From the human T2T-CHM13v2.0 reference genome, Homo sapiens, in the NCBI RefSeq assembly GCF_009914755.1, contig NC_060925.1: a stretch of DNA of 64,000 bases; one strand, given 5' to 3'. Made by a program: the position numbers and the translations under genes. Positions 1 to 13,131 of this stretch are shown here, piece by piece; positions within the stretch are counted from its first letter, which is position 1; every line of letters begins with the position of its first letter. The notes beneath the pieces are model-generated. The model had not been told where the DNA came from, made no database searches, and worked only from the letters and a program-made list of their open reading frames with translations.

Positions 1-898
1 TGATCAGTGATGTTGAGCTTTTCGTCACATGATTATTGGCTGCATGTATGTCTTCTTTTGAAGTGTCTGTTCATGTCCTTTGCCCACTTTTTACTGGGGT
101 TGTTTGTTTTTTATTTCTTGCAAATTTGTTTAAGTTCCTTATAGATGCTGAATATTACACCTTTGTAAGATGCATAGTTTTCAAAAATTTTCTCCCATTC
201 TGTAGGTTGTCTGTTTATTCTGTTGATAGTTTCTTTTTCTGTGCAGAAGCTTGTTAGTTTAATTAGATCCCATTTGTCAATTTTTGCTTTTGTTGCAATT
301 GCTTTTGGCATCTTTGTTATGAAATCTTTGCCTGTGCCTATGTCCTGAATGATATTGCCTAGGTTGTTTTCCAGGGTTTTGTAGTTCTAGGTTTTACATT
401 TAAGTCTTTAATCCATCTTGAGTTAATTTTTGTATATGGTATAATGAAGGGGTCCAATTTCAATATTCTGCACATAGTTAACCAGTTATCCCAGCACCAT
501 TTATTGAATCAGGAATCCTTTCCCCATGGCTTTTGTTAGGCTTGTCGAAGATCAGATAGTTGTAGGTATGCAGTCTTATTTCTGGGTTCTCTATTGTCTG
601 TTTTTGTACCAATACCATGCTGTTTTGATTACTGTAGCCCTGTAGTATAGTTTGAAGTCAGGTAGCATGATGCTTCCAGCTTTGCTCTTTTTGCTTAGTA
701 TTGCCTTGGCTATTCAGCTCTTTTTGGTTCCATATGAATTTTAAAATAGCTTTTTCTAGTTCTGTGAAGAATAACAATGGTAGTTTAATGGAATACCATT
801 GAATCTATAAATTGCTTTGGGGAGTATAGTCACTTTAACAATATTCATTTTCCTATCCATGATCATGGAATGTTTTTCCATTTGTTTGTGTCATCTCT
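1..898 (-). mobile_element. LINE-1 (primate L1PA/L1PB-type) ORF2 fragment, 5'-truncated, continues beyond window start
   Basis: Minus ORF 111..311 ([18 protein letters not shown]...[19 protein letters not shown]) is L1 ORF2; antisense L1 sequence is continuous to ~898. Confidence 0.95.
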
Positions 899-902
899 GC
901 AG

Positions 903-1044
903 CAGGACCTATTCTATCAAGGATCGGTAATTGGGAATAAGCTTCTCATTTCATCCTAAAGGATTCTGTCACTCCACTGAAATCTTAAGAGTCTCCAGTG
1001 CTTGTTAGGAAAGTGTGGAAGATGAACCCCTTCTTCATCCACAG
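903..1044 (+). other. Candidate non-coding exon (acceptor supplied by the antisense L1 end)
   Basis: T-rich tract then ctctgcag|cag (NAGNAG) at 902/905; donor CAG|GTAAGA at 1044/1045; all three frames contain stops. Motif-only evidence. Confidence 0.2.
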
Positions 1045-1084
1045 GTAAGAACATGCTGGAAAGCAAAATTGTTTAACACTTGCT

Positions 1085-1625
1085 TAGTTTTTAACCCAAC
1101 ACTTCTATGTCTAGAAATATATCCTGGATTTGATCTATACAAATTATATGAACATATTAAATTGTCACATGTACTCCAAAAATATGTGCATCTATTATGC
1201 ATCGATAAAAATAAAATAATTAGATCAATACACAAAGATGAATGCAGAAGAATGTTTAGTGGAATATGATTTATAATGACAATATGGAAATAGCCTAAAA
1301 TGTCCAACAGTAGCAACTGATTAACTAAATTATGATAGTCAACAGTAGAATGTATATACTTATTTTACATAATATTTATAAATACCTGAATGACAAGATG
1401 TTTATGATGTACTATGAGAAAAACAAGTTACAAAATAGTATCTAGAATACAATCCTGTGTTCATACACATGTGCCTAAGAAAGTTTGTAACAATAAATAG
1501 CAAGATGTCAATACTGGTTGTCTTATGGGGTGAGAGGCTGTGATGTAATATTTTCTTTATATATCTTCCATTTTTTCTATAATGAATAGAATTTTTGAAA
1601 AAAAAACCAAATACATTAAAAAAGT
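1085..1625 (+). mobile_element. Old L1M (L1ME-like) 3' fragment
   Basis: Degenerate L1 3' motifs (gaatgtttagtgga...tggaaatagcctaaaatgtccaacagtag...aaattatg) ending in an A-rich tail. Confidence 0.55.
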
Positions 1626-1820
1626 TTAAGTCTCCACTCTTTAGAATTGTCCAGGTTTCTTTTCTCAAATCTAGGTGGTACCATTTTCTGAGCTACCCCT
1701 GATGGGGAAGGAGGAGAGGACAACATTTTCCCCATTTATTAATTTTACTTTATGCAGATTGCAGTGAGTCAAAGTGTGGCTTTAAAGAGGAAAAAGTGTC
1801 ACAAAGATTTAGCCTGAATG

Positions 1821-1834
1821 GTATGTATGTATGA

Positions 1835-1866
<32 letters not shown>
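1821..1866. repeat. (GT)n microsatellite
   Basis: Pure (GT)13 at 1841-1866 with a degenerate left flank. Confidence 0.95.
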
Positions 1867-1954
1867 AAGCCTAAAATAGAAAAAGCCCTTTGTTTTGTTG
1901 ATTAGTTGTAGATTATCATTGATTGATGTTTCTAGTCCAAACTTTTAAACCAAC

Positions 1955-2056
1955 AACTCCTTCAAGGCAGGCAATAACTTACCTTTATTTTCCCAGGTCC
2001 TAGCCCAGTGCCTGACACATAGTAAGATCTTAATATACATTTGACAAATTAATTAA
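1955..2056 (+). mobile_element. L2 3' end fragment
   Basis: cctagcccagtgcctgacacatagtaagatcttaatatacatttg resembles the L2 terminal motif. Confidence 0.6.
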
Positions 2057-2284
2057 CTTTTGAGCCTCAATTATTTACAGTACCTTCTGGCAAAAGATTG
2101 CCTCCTCTTCCATCCGGATCCCTATGACACTGTGGGTTGATGGCATGATGGGGATAGTGGGAGTAGTTGATGTGATATAAATGAGTCAGATTGGCCTGGG
2201 TTCAAATACTGGTTCTGCCACAAGTGAGAAATTTGATCATAAATTTTCTTTTATGTAATATGAGGATGAAAATATATTTTAATC

Positions 2285-3087
2285 TCTTCAATTCCCCTCC
2301 CCAATCTCAGCCCCTAGTAACCATCATTCTACTCTCTATTTCTATGACTTCAACATTTTACCCCTCACGTATAAGTGAGATCATGCAGTATTTGTCTTCC
2401 TGTGCCTGGCTTGTTTCAGTTGACATATGCCCTTCAGGTTCATCATGTCTGAAATGACAGGATTCCCTTCTTTTTACAGGCTAAATAGTATTCTATTGTG
2501 TGTATACACCATATTTTCTTTACCCATTATTCCATTGCTGGACTATTAGATTGACTCCATATCTTGGCTATTGTGAATAATGCTGCCATGAAAATGGGAG
2601 TGCAGATACCTCTTTGATATACTGATTTTATTTCCTTTGCATATATAACAAGTAGTAGGATGGCTGGACCATATGGTATTTCTATTTCTAGTTTAGGGTT
2701 TTTTTGTTTTGTTTTGTTTTTGGGTTTTGTTTTTTTTTTTTGAGACAGGGTGTCACTCTGGTCAGTGTCACCCAGGCTGCAGTACAGTGGTGCGAACATG
2801 GCTCACTGCAGCCTTGACCTCCCGGGCTCAAGTTATTCTCCCACCTCTGCCTCCAGAGTAGGTGGGACTACAGGCATATGCCACCACAGCCAATGTTTTC
2901 TATTTTTTGTAGAGACAAGGTTTTGCCATGCTGCCCAGACTGGTCTCAATCTCCTGGGCTCAAGCGATCATCCTGCTTTGGCCTCCCAAAGTGATGGGAT
3001 TGCAGGCGTGAGCCACTACACCTGGCTATTTTTAGTTTTTTTTTTTTTTTTTTTTTGAGGAAACTCCATACTATTTTGCATACTAAT
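2285..3087 (-). mobile_element. L1MA/L1MB 3' fragment, interrupted by AluJ
   Basis: Antisense L1 3' motifs (ataagtgagatcatgcagtatttgtc; ggctattgtgaataatgctgc; resumes as tttgaggaaactccatact after the Alu). Confidence 0.85.
2695..3026 (-). mobile_element. AluJ
   Basis: Dimeric antisense Alu with J-type features (gagacagggt, gggctcaag); TSD-like tatttctagttt / tatttttagttt. Confidence 0.95.
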
Positions 3088-4396
3088 TGAAGAAATGAAA
3101 ATATTTATATTGCAGGATTATTTTAAGGTTGGAAACTTGACAATTTCTTTTAATCCCCTTTCGTGGGTTTTATCTTAAATTGTAGCCTTTGAAAACTAGC
3201 CATTGACCAATGTTAAAATCCATTCATTGAAGCCATTCTGCATAACTCAAGGTTCAAGTAGCCTTCTCTAGAAAAATAAGGTAACATTCTTCTAAGGCTT
3301 CTATGAGAGAGTGCTCGCTCTTGGCTTTCACTAAGAAATGTGGAAAGAAATTGTGTTTAGCAAGAACTGGTGTATTATTAAGTAGCCTTATCTCAGTTCA
3401 ACATCTCTCTGCAAATAAGTCAAGGCTCACAGCAACCCTGTGCAAATGCTGGAAATGTTTGAGGCCTTAAAATAGCATAATGCTTTGAAGAAACCCATCT
3501 TCCTAATGGAAAAAAGAACACACAAGAAAAATGACTGTCAGTTATTTATATATAGCCCAGGATTCAGCAAGTGACAAAAGTGATTATTGCTAATTTACAA
3601 TTCTCTTTAGAAACTAGCTATGTGCACCATTTTCAAGGAGGCTGAAGATTAAAGAAGGAGCTGACCAGATGACCACAGCCCAGATCCTTTTCTTAGGGTG
3701 GCTGTATGGCTCTGGGTCTATGGCTCCACTTCTTTTCTCATTGTCCTTGGCAACTTTGTCATGAAATAACCTCATTAGATGTCATATAGACTTGGCTTTC
3801 GATGATATCATTTTAGCCAATTGTTCATTCAAGTGATCAGAATGGCCACATGAGAGTGGCTGGTAATGGGGTATATAGAATAATTACCCATGTTTTATTC
3901 TTAGCTTTTACTAATATGTTACAAGGCCTCCCGCCAAAAAATTAGGGATTTTTGTCAGTTGTACAGTCAGCAGGCCACAGAGCAGTTTGACTGTGATTTT
4001 TCACTGAGTGTGTGAGTGCATGTGTGAATGTGTGTGTGTATGACTTCTCCTCTTTATTAAGGCTGTGCAGTAATGACATATCTTATGCAGCTGTGTGAAA
4101 ACACCAACCCCCTAAAATAAATGCCAAAATATGCTTGTGTACCATATTGTGGAAAAAAGATGGCTGGCCAGGCCCACTGATTAACATACTATAATGTTCA
4201 TTTCAAATAGTTTTTTGAGTGACAGAGAGTATCAATACATCTATTAGTTTTCAATGTAAATAATTAATATTTGAGCTCTAGAGCTACTTTGCCCTTGCAC
4301 CTGGGCATTGGCGGCACAAGGTCATGGTTTTGAAGTTATCTCATTCCTATTGCCTGTGGCATCGGCTGCCCTGTAATTGAGAAGTCAAGTGAGTTT

Positions 4397-4632
<236 letters not shown>

Positions 4633-5624
4633 TTGAGAAGTCAGGTGAGTTTCTTATGTGAAAGTGAAGTCTCTGTGCATGCTTTTCCAGGAGAATGCTT
4701 CCCTGATCCTCTCCAACTGGAAACAGCCTGGAATTGCTGGCAATGTTGCTCCTAAGCTCAGAGTGTCCAGGATAGCTACTGATACTAAATGCTAATCTGA
4801 GACCAAGTCAATTGCCTGGGGATGTTCAGTCTAAGGTGTATGGTGGCAAGGTGTTAGGAAGGGGCTCTGCCAACTCCCATGTTCTGTGGCTTCCACAGGT
4901 GGGCATATTAGACTTCTGCACCACCCTTGTTCTATTTCCCTCACTAAGTTCTAAAGTGGATAATCACACTGAGATGGGGTCGGGCCAGTCAAACAAAGGA
5001 ACTATGAGGTTGGCCTACAATGTGAAAACTGTCAATTACCCTATTTTATGTTCTACCTACATTGCTAGTAGCAGAGCACTCATTTCCATTAGACCAATTT
5101 GGTACAATGATGCATGTTCTAATCCTTTTACCATCTTATCTGAACAAGAGAAATGAGTACAAATGAAGGGGGAGGAGGAAAAGGGAGAAACAGAAGGAAG
5201 AAAAAGAGACAAAGAGGAAGAAAGAGAATCATTCTGAAGGGTGATTTTTAACTACTGGCTTTATAATTTATTAGAAATAAATGTAACATTCTAATGTGAG
5301 CTGGTCACTGCTGTACAAGGAAGGTGATTCTAGTCAGAAGTGACTTGTTTTTAAAACCTGATTCTCTTAGAATCTTAGTCTGTGAACAAGGAAGTCACTC
5401 ACAGATTCTGTGTAATTTCTCTATGGAGCACTGAACATGGCTTAAAGAGGAGGTGGCCCCGATGCAGAGAATCAGGGCCAGAGGTTGGCCTTAACACCCG
5501 CTGGCTCTGCCACTTTCTTGGTAGGGATGCCAGGAGCAGACCTCATCCCAGTAAGGCAGGGACAGTAACCATGCCCTGGATGAGCTAACACAGGCCTATC
5601 AAAATGTTTGAAAAGACCTTGTAA

Positions 5625-6172
5625 AGTTTTTGATTCCTGGGTAACAAATTACCACACACTTAATACCTTGAAAACAACACGCATTTATTATCTCAGTTTC
5701 CATGGGTCAGTAGTCCAGGCACAACTTAACAGGGTCCTCTAGTCAGGGTCCCACAAGACTGCAGGTAAGGTTTCAGCCAGGCCGTGTTCTCATGGGGAGG
5801 CTCCACTGGGGAAGAGTCTATTTCTGAACCCATTCAAGTTGTTGGCAGAATTCATTTCCTTGTGGCTGTATGATGGAGAGTCCTTGCTTTTTGTGGGCTA
5901 GGGCCTGAAGACAACACACAGTTTCTTGCCACGAGGCCTTTTCCAACATGATTGCTTATGCCAAGCCTTCAAGAAGAGTTCTAGCTCTAGTCTACTAACA
6001 TAGAGTCTTCATAACCCACCCTAATCACAGGAGTGCTAGCCATCATCTGTGTCATCTTCTATTGGTTAGAAGGAAGCCACAGGTCCTACCCACACTTAAA
6101 GGGAGGAGGTTACACAAAGGCATGAATGCTGGGAGGTGGGAATCATTGGGGGTCAACCTCATCATTCCAACC
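5625..6172 (-). mobile_element. MaLR solo LTR (MLT1D-F-like)
   Basis: gtaacaaattaccac...catttattatctcagtttc...gttggcagaattcatttccttgtggctgta...gggaatcattggggg are typical antisense MLT1 motifs. Confidence 0.85.
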
Positions 6173-6223
6173 TTACTGGGATTCTCTCCCAAACCAGCCA
6201 AATCTGTGTTCTTTAATCTTCAG

Positions 6224-6330
6224 TAGGGTGAACAACCATCCCAGTTTGCCTGGACTAGTTTTAGCACTGAAAGTCCTGCATTCTAGGCAACTCCTTGGTC
6301 CCAGGCAAATGAGGATAGTTCGCCACCCTA
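6224..6330. mobile_element. MER81 (hAT-Blackjack MITE)
   Basis: TIRs tagggtga...cacccta; internal gttttagcactgaaagtcc; 107 bp. Confidence 0.85.
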
Positions 6331-6403
6331 AACAGATAACATACCTTCTTTAATTTGTTTTAGGCCAATATTAGGGGTGAAAGAGAAACCTAAAAGGTTT
6401 CAT

Positions 6404-6610
6404 CCAGAGGTGGTCAAACTATTCCCCAAGGAGCTCTTTGAGGGCACTGAGGTGAAGGAGATGGTGAGAGGATGCCAACAGGATGGGCTTTTCAGCTCCC
6501 TCCCGTGTTCCACCACAGAGCAAACCAGCTCCCAGCTTGCTCATACGTGGTGCATTTGGTGTAATTTGTTGTGTGAAGTGTGGTTTCCATGGCCACAGGT
6601 TGATACCTTA
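6404..6610. mobile_element. Possible degraded hAT-Charlie element followed by a MIR remnant
   Basis: Starts cagaggtggtcaaact (Charlie-like TIR); the remainder is too diverged to type. Confidence 0.3.
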
Positions 6611-8033
6611 ACAATTTCATTTTACATATAAAAAGCCAAGGTCTGTAAAAAACTTAGGGGCAGAATTCAGCCTCTTGACATGTAAGTCAGACCTCTTCTA
6701 CAACACCATCCAAATGAGTTGAGCATTTCTTGGCCATCTGTCTCATTCACAGCTCTGGACTTGGTGCTGAGGCAGTGAAGAAAGGTTTTGGGGGGTTGTT
6801 GTTTGTTTGTTTCCAGTCACATTGGGGAAGACCTAGGCTAATGCTAGAACATACTCACCATGACCATGACAGCTTTATCTGATTTGATCAGTTACTAAGG
6901 AATCAAAATGGTGATTTCAGCAACCTGGAAACAGGTAGGTTTACCTTGGAGTTACATGTTATTTCAAAACAACATGGGGACAAGTGTGAATTCTTGAGGT
7001 TGAAAACAGCTTATGTCAATGACAGGGACTTTCTAGTCTTTTCAGCATAAAACACAAGCCAGTGTTTAAACTACCGTAGACAGAGTTCATAAGCACAGAG
7101 GGAGGGCAAGGTTATGCAACTGGTGAAAAGTACAAGGCAAGGTTAATGTGGACAAGCAGAGTGGTGGTTTCAGACTGCATAAGGGAAGGTGGTCCAATTC
7201 ACTAATCAACATGGCTCTACTACTGCAGCCAGCCCTGTCCTATAAACCAATCAAATGGAGTAGCAACTTATACCTACAGGCAAGAAAAAGGTCCAGGGCA
7301 GTAACTCACTTCTCCACCTGGCCAGCCAGGCTGATTTCTGTCATTTGACACCATACAGTCTAGGTTGGCTGATAAATAGGTCTCACATCTTGGAATGCTA
7401 ATCTCGGAACAGTTTGATTTGCTTCAGCACCATTGCCTCATTAACCCCAAACTGAGCCTGGGGTGTTCTAAATAGGGTAGTGAATATAATGTCTCCAAGG
7501 TGTGAAGCTATTTATCCAAGGTTACTTGGTAGAAGAGTTTGCAATAGGGCCTCACTTCCCCAAAGTCTTAGACACTTGTATATTTGTCCTAAAAACAACC
7601 AGACTAGCCAGAACAGCCCTGAAATTTTAGTTATTTATACACACACACATATATATATTCAGTTACAAAAGACATCAGGAAACTTTATAGTCAGGGTGCG
7701 TTGCTGGGTCATAGGGGCCTGCAGAGCTGTTAAAACTCTAGGTGCCAGTGTTTCTCATAAGATGTTAAAATGACCACAGATGCATATTCTCCAAGACAGC
7801 TCATTAAAGAAAATAACATGTATAAACCCATATCAAAAAGACAATGAAAGAGAGAAACAAACATACAAGAATTGTTGACAATCGTTTGCAAGAGAGAAAG
7901 TGGATGTAGCTGTGACAACTGATGAGGCGGAGTTTAGAAAGCCGCTGACTAGAGGATGTCCCATGAAAAAGGAGGTAATGAGCCGCTTAGAGCTCCTGAG
8001 AAGCTGGGGAAATCAGAGGGATTCTGATTCTTA

Positions 8034-8483
<450 letters not shown>

Positions 8484-8511
8484 TTAATAGGAATTCTTGA
8501 AACAGAGAATA

Positions 8512-8947
8512 CAGTTGACTGTTGAACAACACGGGTTTGAACTGCATGGGTCCACTTAGGTGAGGATTTTCTCCCACCTCTGCCTCTGCTGAGATAGCAA
8601 GACCAGTCCTTCCTCTTCCTCCTCCTTAGCCTACTCAGTGTGAAGGCGATGAGAATAAAGACCTCTATGATGATCCATTTTCACTTAATGAATAGTAAGT
8701 ATATTTTCATTTCCTTATGATTTTTTAAAATAACATTTTGTTTTCTCTAGCTTACTTTATTGTAAGAATACAGTATATAATACATATACAAAATATGTGT
8801 TAATCAACTGTTTATGTTGTTGGTAAGGCTTCTGGTCAACAGTAGGCTATTAGTAGTTAAGTTTTGGGAGAGTCAAAATTTATACATGGTCTTTTGACTG
8901 TGCAGGGGCTGGTATCCCTAACCCCTACGTTGTTCAAGGGTCAACTG
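8512..8947 (+). mobile_element. Tigger2a/MER28 non-autonomous DNA transposon
   Basis: TIRs cagttgactgttgaacaac / gttgttcaagggtcaactg, TA on both sides, 436 bp. Confidence 0.9.
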
Positions 8948-9857
8948 TAGTAAAATTAGAAGTGAGAACTTATCAAAGAATTAATACAAGAGAATTCCGC
9001 AGGTTCTTCAAATGGAAAAAGACACCATGTTCCAGGCATACTGAATAAGCAGAGCCTTGATTACACACAGCATGTGAAATTTTGGAACATTAAGAATAAA
9101 AAAAAGATCTTAAAACCTTTTAGAAAAAAGCAGAAATAACAGTTATATGGCATGACACTTCTTACTCAGAAGCACTGAGTGCTAGAAGATAATGGATCAA
9201 TTGTTTAAAAATTCAAAGGCAAAATATTTCTCACCTAGATTTCTGTACCCAGGCAAATCTTCAGTTAAGTGCTAGAAATTCAGCATTTTAAGGTACGCAA
9301 AGATTCAAAAGTATGCCCCCCGTGCTCTATTGTAAGATGTTTCTTAAGAATATATTCTAGTGAATAAAAGCAATTAAAACACGGAAAAGGAAAATGTGGG
9401 ATCCAAGAAAAAATTAATTGTGCCTGAGGAAAACAGCTATGAACAGTCCCAGAGAGTGACCAATCCAGGGTGGAGCAAAATGAGAAAACCAGAGGTAAGT
9501 TTCTAGAAATGAGGGTAATTAATAGAATAGAGATAATGATTGAGAGCTGAAAAAACTTATGGACATTTTAAAGGTGAAACAGAGAAATAAGTAATTTATT
9601 TAAAATGATCTCTAGGAACATTTTCTTTTGAGTATCACAGTGGCCATATCAGGGCTTCTGAGAAGGAAACAGAAATCCAACACAATCAGAAATTCCTGCT
9701 ATAACATCATATATGCATCTCTGAAATATTTTGTGATTTACAAAAATCACAGTATTAAAGTAATAGGGCTTATTAGAAAAATAGGGTTTGGCTGGTGAGT
9801 TAAAATTTATGGAACTGTATAACCAGAGACTTAACAAAAACAGTGAAAATCCCAAGA

Positions 9858-9927
9858 AAAATATTAGCACAGTTAGCTAATATTTAAGTAATTGATTAAA
9901 TAAATAATTAAAATATTAGCACAGTTA
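9858..9927. repeat. 18-bp direct repeat flanking a 34-bp insert that begins with a 10-bp fold-back
   Basis: aaaatattagcacagtta at 9858-9875 and 9910-9927; gctaatattt (9876-9885) is the reverse complement of 9859-9868. Confidence 0.9.
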
Positions 9928-10080
9928 ACTCTTTGCTGGCATTTGCAACTAGACTCACTGTTTGTTTGTTAATATCTTGGGATTCAGCTTCGTCCTTGGA
10001 CAGTTTGGTCCTTGAAGACATTCACATCTAATAGAGACCAGGGTCCTCAAAATTAAAATGTACCATCTAAGGACAGCCTC

Positions 10081-10530
10081 ATATATATACATATATATAT
10101 CTCAGATATATATACACATACATATATCTCTCAGATATATATACACATATATATCTCTCAGATATATGTACACATATATATCTCTCAGATATATGTACAC
10201 ATATATATCTCTCAGATATATGTACACATATATACATCTCAGATATATGTACACATATATACATCTCAGATATATGTACACATATATACATCTCAGATAT
10301 ATGTACACATATATACATCTCAGATATATGTACACATATATACATCTCAGATATATGTACACATATATACATCTCAGATATATGTACACATATATATATC
10401 TCAGATATATGTACACATATATATATCAGATATATGTACACATATATATATCTCAGATATATGTACACATATATATATCAGATATATGTACACATATATA
10501 TATCTCAGATATATATACACACACATATGT
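10081..10530. repeat. 27-bp minisatellite (~16 copies), unit acatctcagatatatgtacacatatat
   Basis: Direct periodicity; 9-aa periodic ORFs on both strands; 25- and 29-bp variant units towards the edges. Confidence 0.97.
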
Positions 10531-10615
10531 GTGTATACATATACAATATAAAAATAAATATAAAATATATAGTATATATAAATAATGTATATAGAGAGAA
10601 ACATAGGGGCATTAT

Positions 10616-10825
10616 CTTTTTCTAATTGATAGGTAATAACTGTATATTATTTATGGGGTACTACGTGGTGTTTTGCTATATGTTTACATTGTGGAATGAT
10701 TAAATCAAACTATTAATATATTCATCACTTCACATACTTATTTTTTGCATGTGGTGAGAACATTTTAAAATCTAATCTTTAAGAAATTTTGACATATACA
10801 ATGTATTATTATAATTATAGTCACC
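10616..10825 (-). mobile_element. L1MA 3' end
   Basis: atttatggggtac...cattgtggaatgattaaatcaa...cttcacatactta...gtggtgagaacattt...atagtcacca. Confidence 0.85.
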
Positions 10826-11429
10826 AGAAGCAATGTTTTTGCAGCAGCTAATACATCTGCGTTTGTAGCTTCTCTGGATCACTTACTATAGAAGCTATTG
10901 AACCCATCTCTTCTTGAAGAGATTAAAGGCGCCGCTCCAGAATTTTTGTTTTCTTAAGATCTTTCTATAATGGCAAATATTTCTCCCTAATTGTGAGAAA
11001 ATGCGTGCTTGATGGCTTCAAACATCAACGTGCTGGAAAAAAAAAAATCATCTGTGAACCAATACAACCTCCATGTTCTGCTGTCGTCTTTTTACGAGTT
11101 GCCACTACAGCAGAACAAACTGTTCCTGGCTCTGTGGAGAGCAGAGGTGACACGAGCATAATAGTATAAACACTGCTTATTGGTTTTCAACTTTTAGAAT
11201 CAGCATATTTACAAGTATGGTGCCTCCGCCCTTCTCTCCAGTGCTAACGTCTTCACCTTAAGACTGCAGAATCTGCAGATGGTGTCTCTGAGGGTCGGGG
11301 TGGGAAGTGGAGGTTTCTGCATGACCCGATGCAGAGCTGGGGTGACTGGGAAGCTCGGTATGCTCATTTGGGAGAAATGGAAGGGAAGGAAGAGGAATAA
11401 ATGAGCCACATCCTCATCCATTATAGACA

Positions 11430-11690
11430 AGAGTCTAAAGTTGATAACACAAATAAAAATAAATACCAGAAATGTGTTACATAGACACATGATGGTAGCT
11501 ATCAAAATCCCTAGAGGAGGAACCAGTGCAAATTGGTTGTCTTTGGCATAAGAGCCTAGAGGAATGGCCAGGAGTGGGTGGAGGAGATCAAAGGACTGTT
11601 GCTTTTCTCCATGTTCTCCACAAGTGCTCCTAGATTATTTGAACCAAACACACATGCTAATATAATAAAAAATAAAAGAAATTAACTTCT
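11430..11690 (+). mobile_element. Old L1M 3' UTR fragment
   Basis: aattggttgtctttgg...gactgttgcttttc...aaaaataaaa resembles the L1MC/ME 3' end. Confidence 0.4.
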
Positions 11691-12360
11691 TAAAAATTTG
11701 CTCTTACCCTGCACAGCTCAACAGGCACTAAGAGATTCTGATTCTGGTGGGTATAATCGTGTATTTTGAGAAAGATCCACAGATAATTTTGCTGTTCATT
11801 CCAAGTTAACACTTAAAGCTCTGGTCGGCTAATGTGGAGTGAAACTGTTACAGTATAAAACTTATTTGACTTAGAATCTTTCTTCAAAGACTATTTTACA
11901 GGATTTATGTGCTGTGAAATATTCTTTAGGAAGTGCACACCCATTCCCAATGTGTATCACTTTCTTGGAGAGGAGGACGGGGGAACATTTTAGCTGAAGA
12001 ATACCTTTGGTTTGATTATTAAGATCCCCAACCTGCCATCACTGAGGTAAAAACTTACAGGTCTTTTCTCAGGAGAAGGGACAGCTAGCACTCATTTACT
12101 AGCATGCTTTCGATGGCTTGTCATGTTAACAATGTATGTAGGCTCAGGCTGTGAAGGTCTGGGCAAAGCTGCCAGACCCATGTGGGGCTCTTGCCCATGA
12201 AGTGAACTCTATTGGAATGAGGCTCATGCAATGCAGGCCAAAGGGCCCCTGGTTGCTGGAGACTGGAAGCACTGCATGCACAGAAAGTGCCAGGGCAGGT
12301 CTAGTCAGAGTGAGCAGAGAAATGAGGATTCTCCATGTTGGTAAAAATTGAAGCCAGGCC

Positions 12361-13026
12361 ACTGTTATTAAAAAGTCAAAAAACAACAGATGCTGGGGAG
12401 GCTGCAGAGAAACGGGAACACTTATACACTGTTGGTGGGTGGGAATATAAAGTAGTTCAGCCACTGTGGAAAGCAGTTTGGCAATTTGTCAAAAAACTTA
12501 AAACAGAATTACCATTCAACCCAGCAATCCCATTACTGGGTATATATCCAAAAGAAAATAGATCATTATACCAGAAAGACACATGCACTCATATGTTCAT
12601 TGCTGTGCTGTTCACAATAGTGAAGACATGGAATCAGCCTCGGTGTCCATCAATGGTGGATTGGATAAAGAAAATGTGGTACATCTACACATTGGAATAC
12701 TACACAGTCATAAAAAAGAATGAAACCATGTCATTTTCGGCAACATGGACGCAGCTGGAAGCCATTATCCTAAGCAAATTAGCACAGGAATAGAAAACCA
12801 AATACCATGTGTTCTCACTTACAAAGGAGCTGAACATTGAACAACTACAGACATAAACATGAACAATAGACACTGCAGAATACTAGAAGATGAAGGAAAG
12901 GAGAGAGGAATGGGTGGAAAAACTACTTATTGGGTACTACACTCACTACCTGAGTGCAATATGCCCATGTAACAAACATGCACATGTACCCTCTGTATAT
13001 AAAATAAAAGTTGAGAAAAAAAATAA
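12361..13026 (+). mobile_element. 5'-truncated L1PA/L1PB (ORF2 C-terminus plus 3' UTR)
   Basis: ORF 12335..12793 is the L1 ORF2 C-terminus (ELPFNPAIPLLGIYPKE...WIKKMWYIYTLEYY); aataaa plus tail; diverged TSD gtaaaaattgaagccaggcca / gtaaaatctaaaccaggcca. Confidence 0.95.
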
Positions 13027-13131
13027 GTAAAATCTAAACCAGGCCAAGGGTTTTGAGATTGCTGAGAAAGCCTGACTTCAATGCCATTTGTTTCCTTGAA
13101 GCCTAGCAGCTTGAAGGGCCATCAGACACTC

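Larger units (their letters stand above)
2183..3130 (+). mobile_element. MIR split by an L1MA insertion (pieces ~2183-2280 and ~3090-3130)
   Basis: gagtcaga..cctgggttcaaatactggttctgcca MIR 5' motif; atgaaaatat repeated either side of the L1 (TSD-like). Confidence 0.55.

Noticed and set aside
10081-10530. CRISPR-like periodicity
   Set aside because: No unique spacers and no cas genes; eukaryotic VNTR.
10058-10585. 175-aa periodic ORF and its antisense counterparts
   Set aside because: Direct consequence of a stop-free 27-bp minisatellite; no gene context.
12335-12793. 152-aa ORF with protein-like composition
   Set aside because: C-terminal remnant of L1 ORF2 in a 5'-truncated copy, ending at a premature stop.
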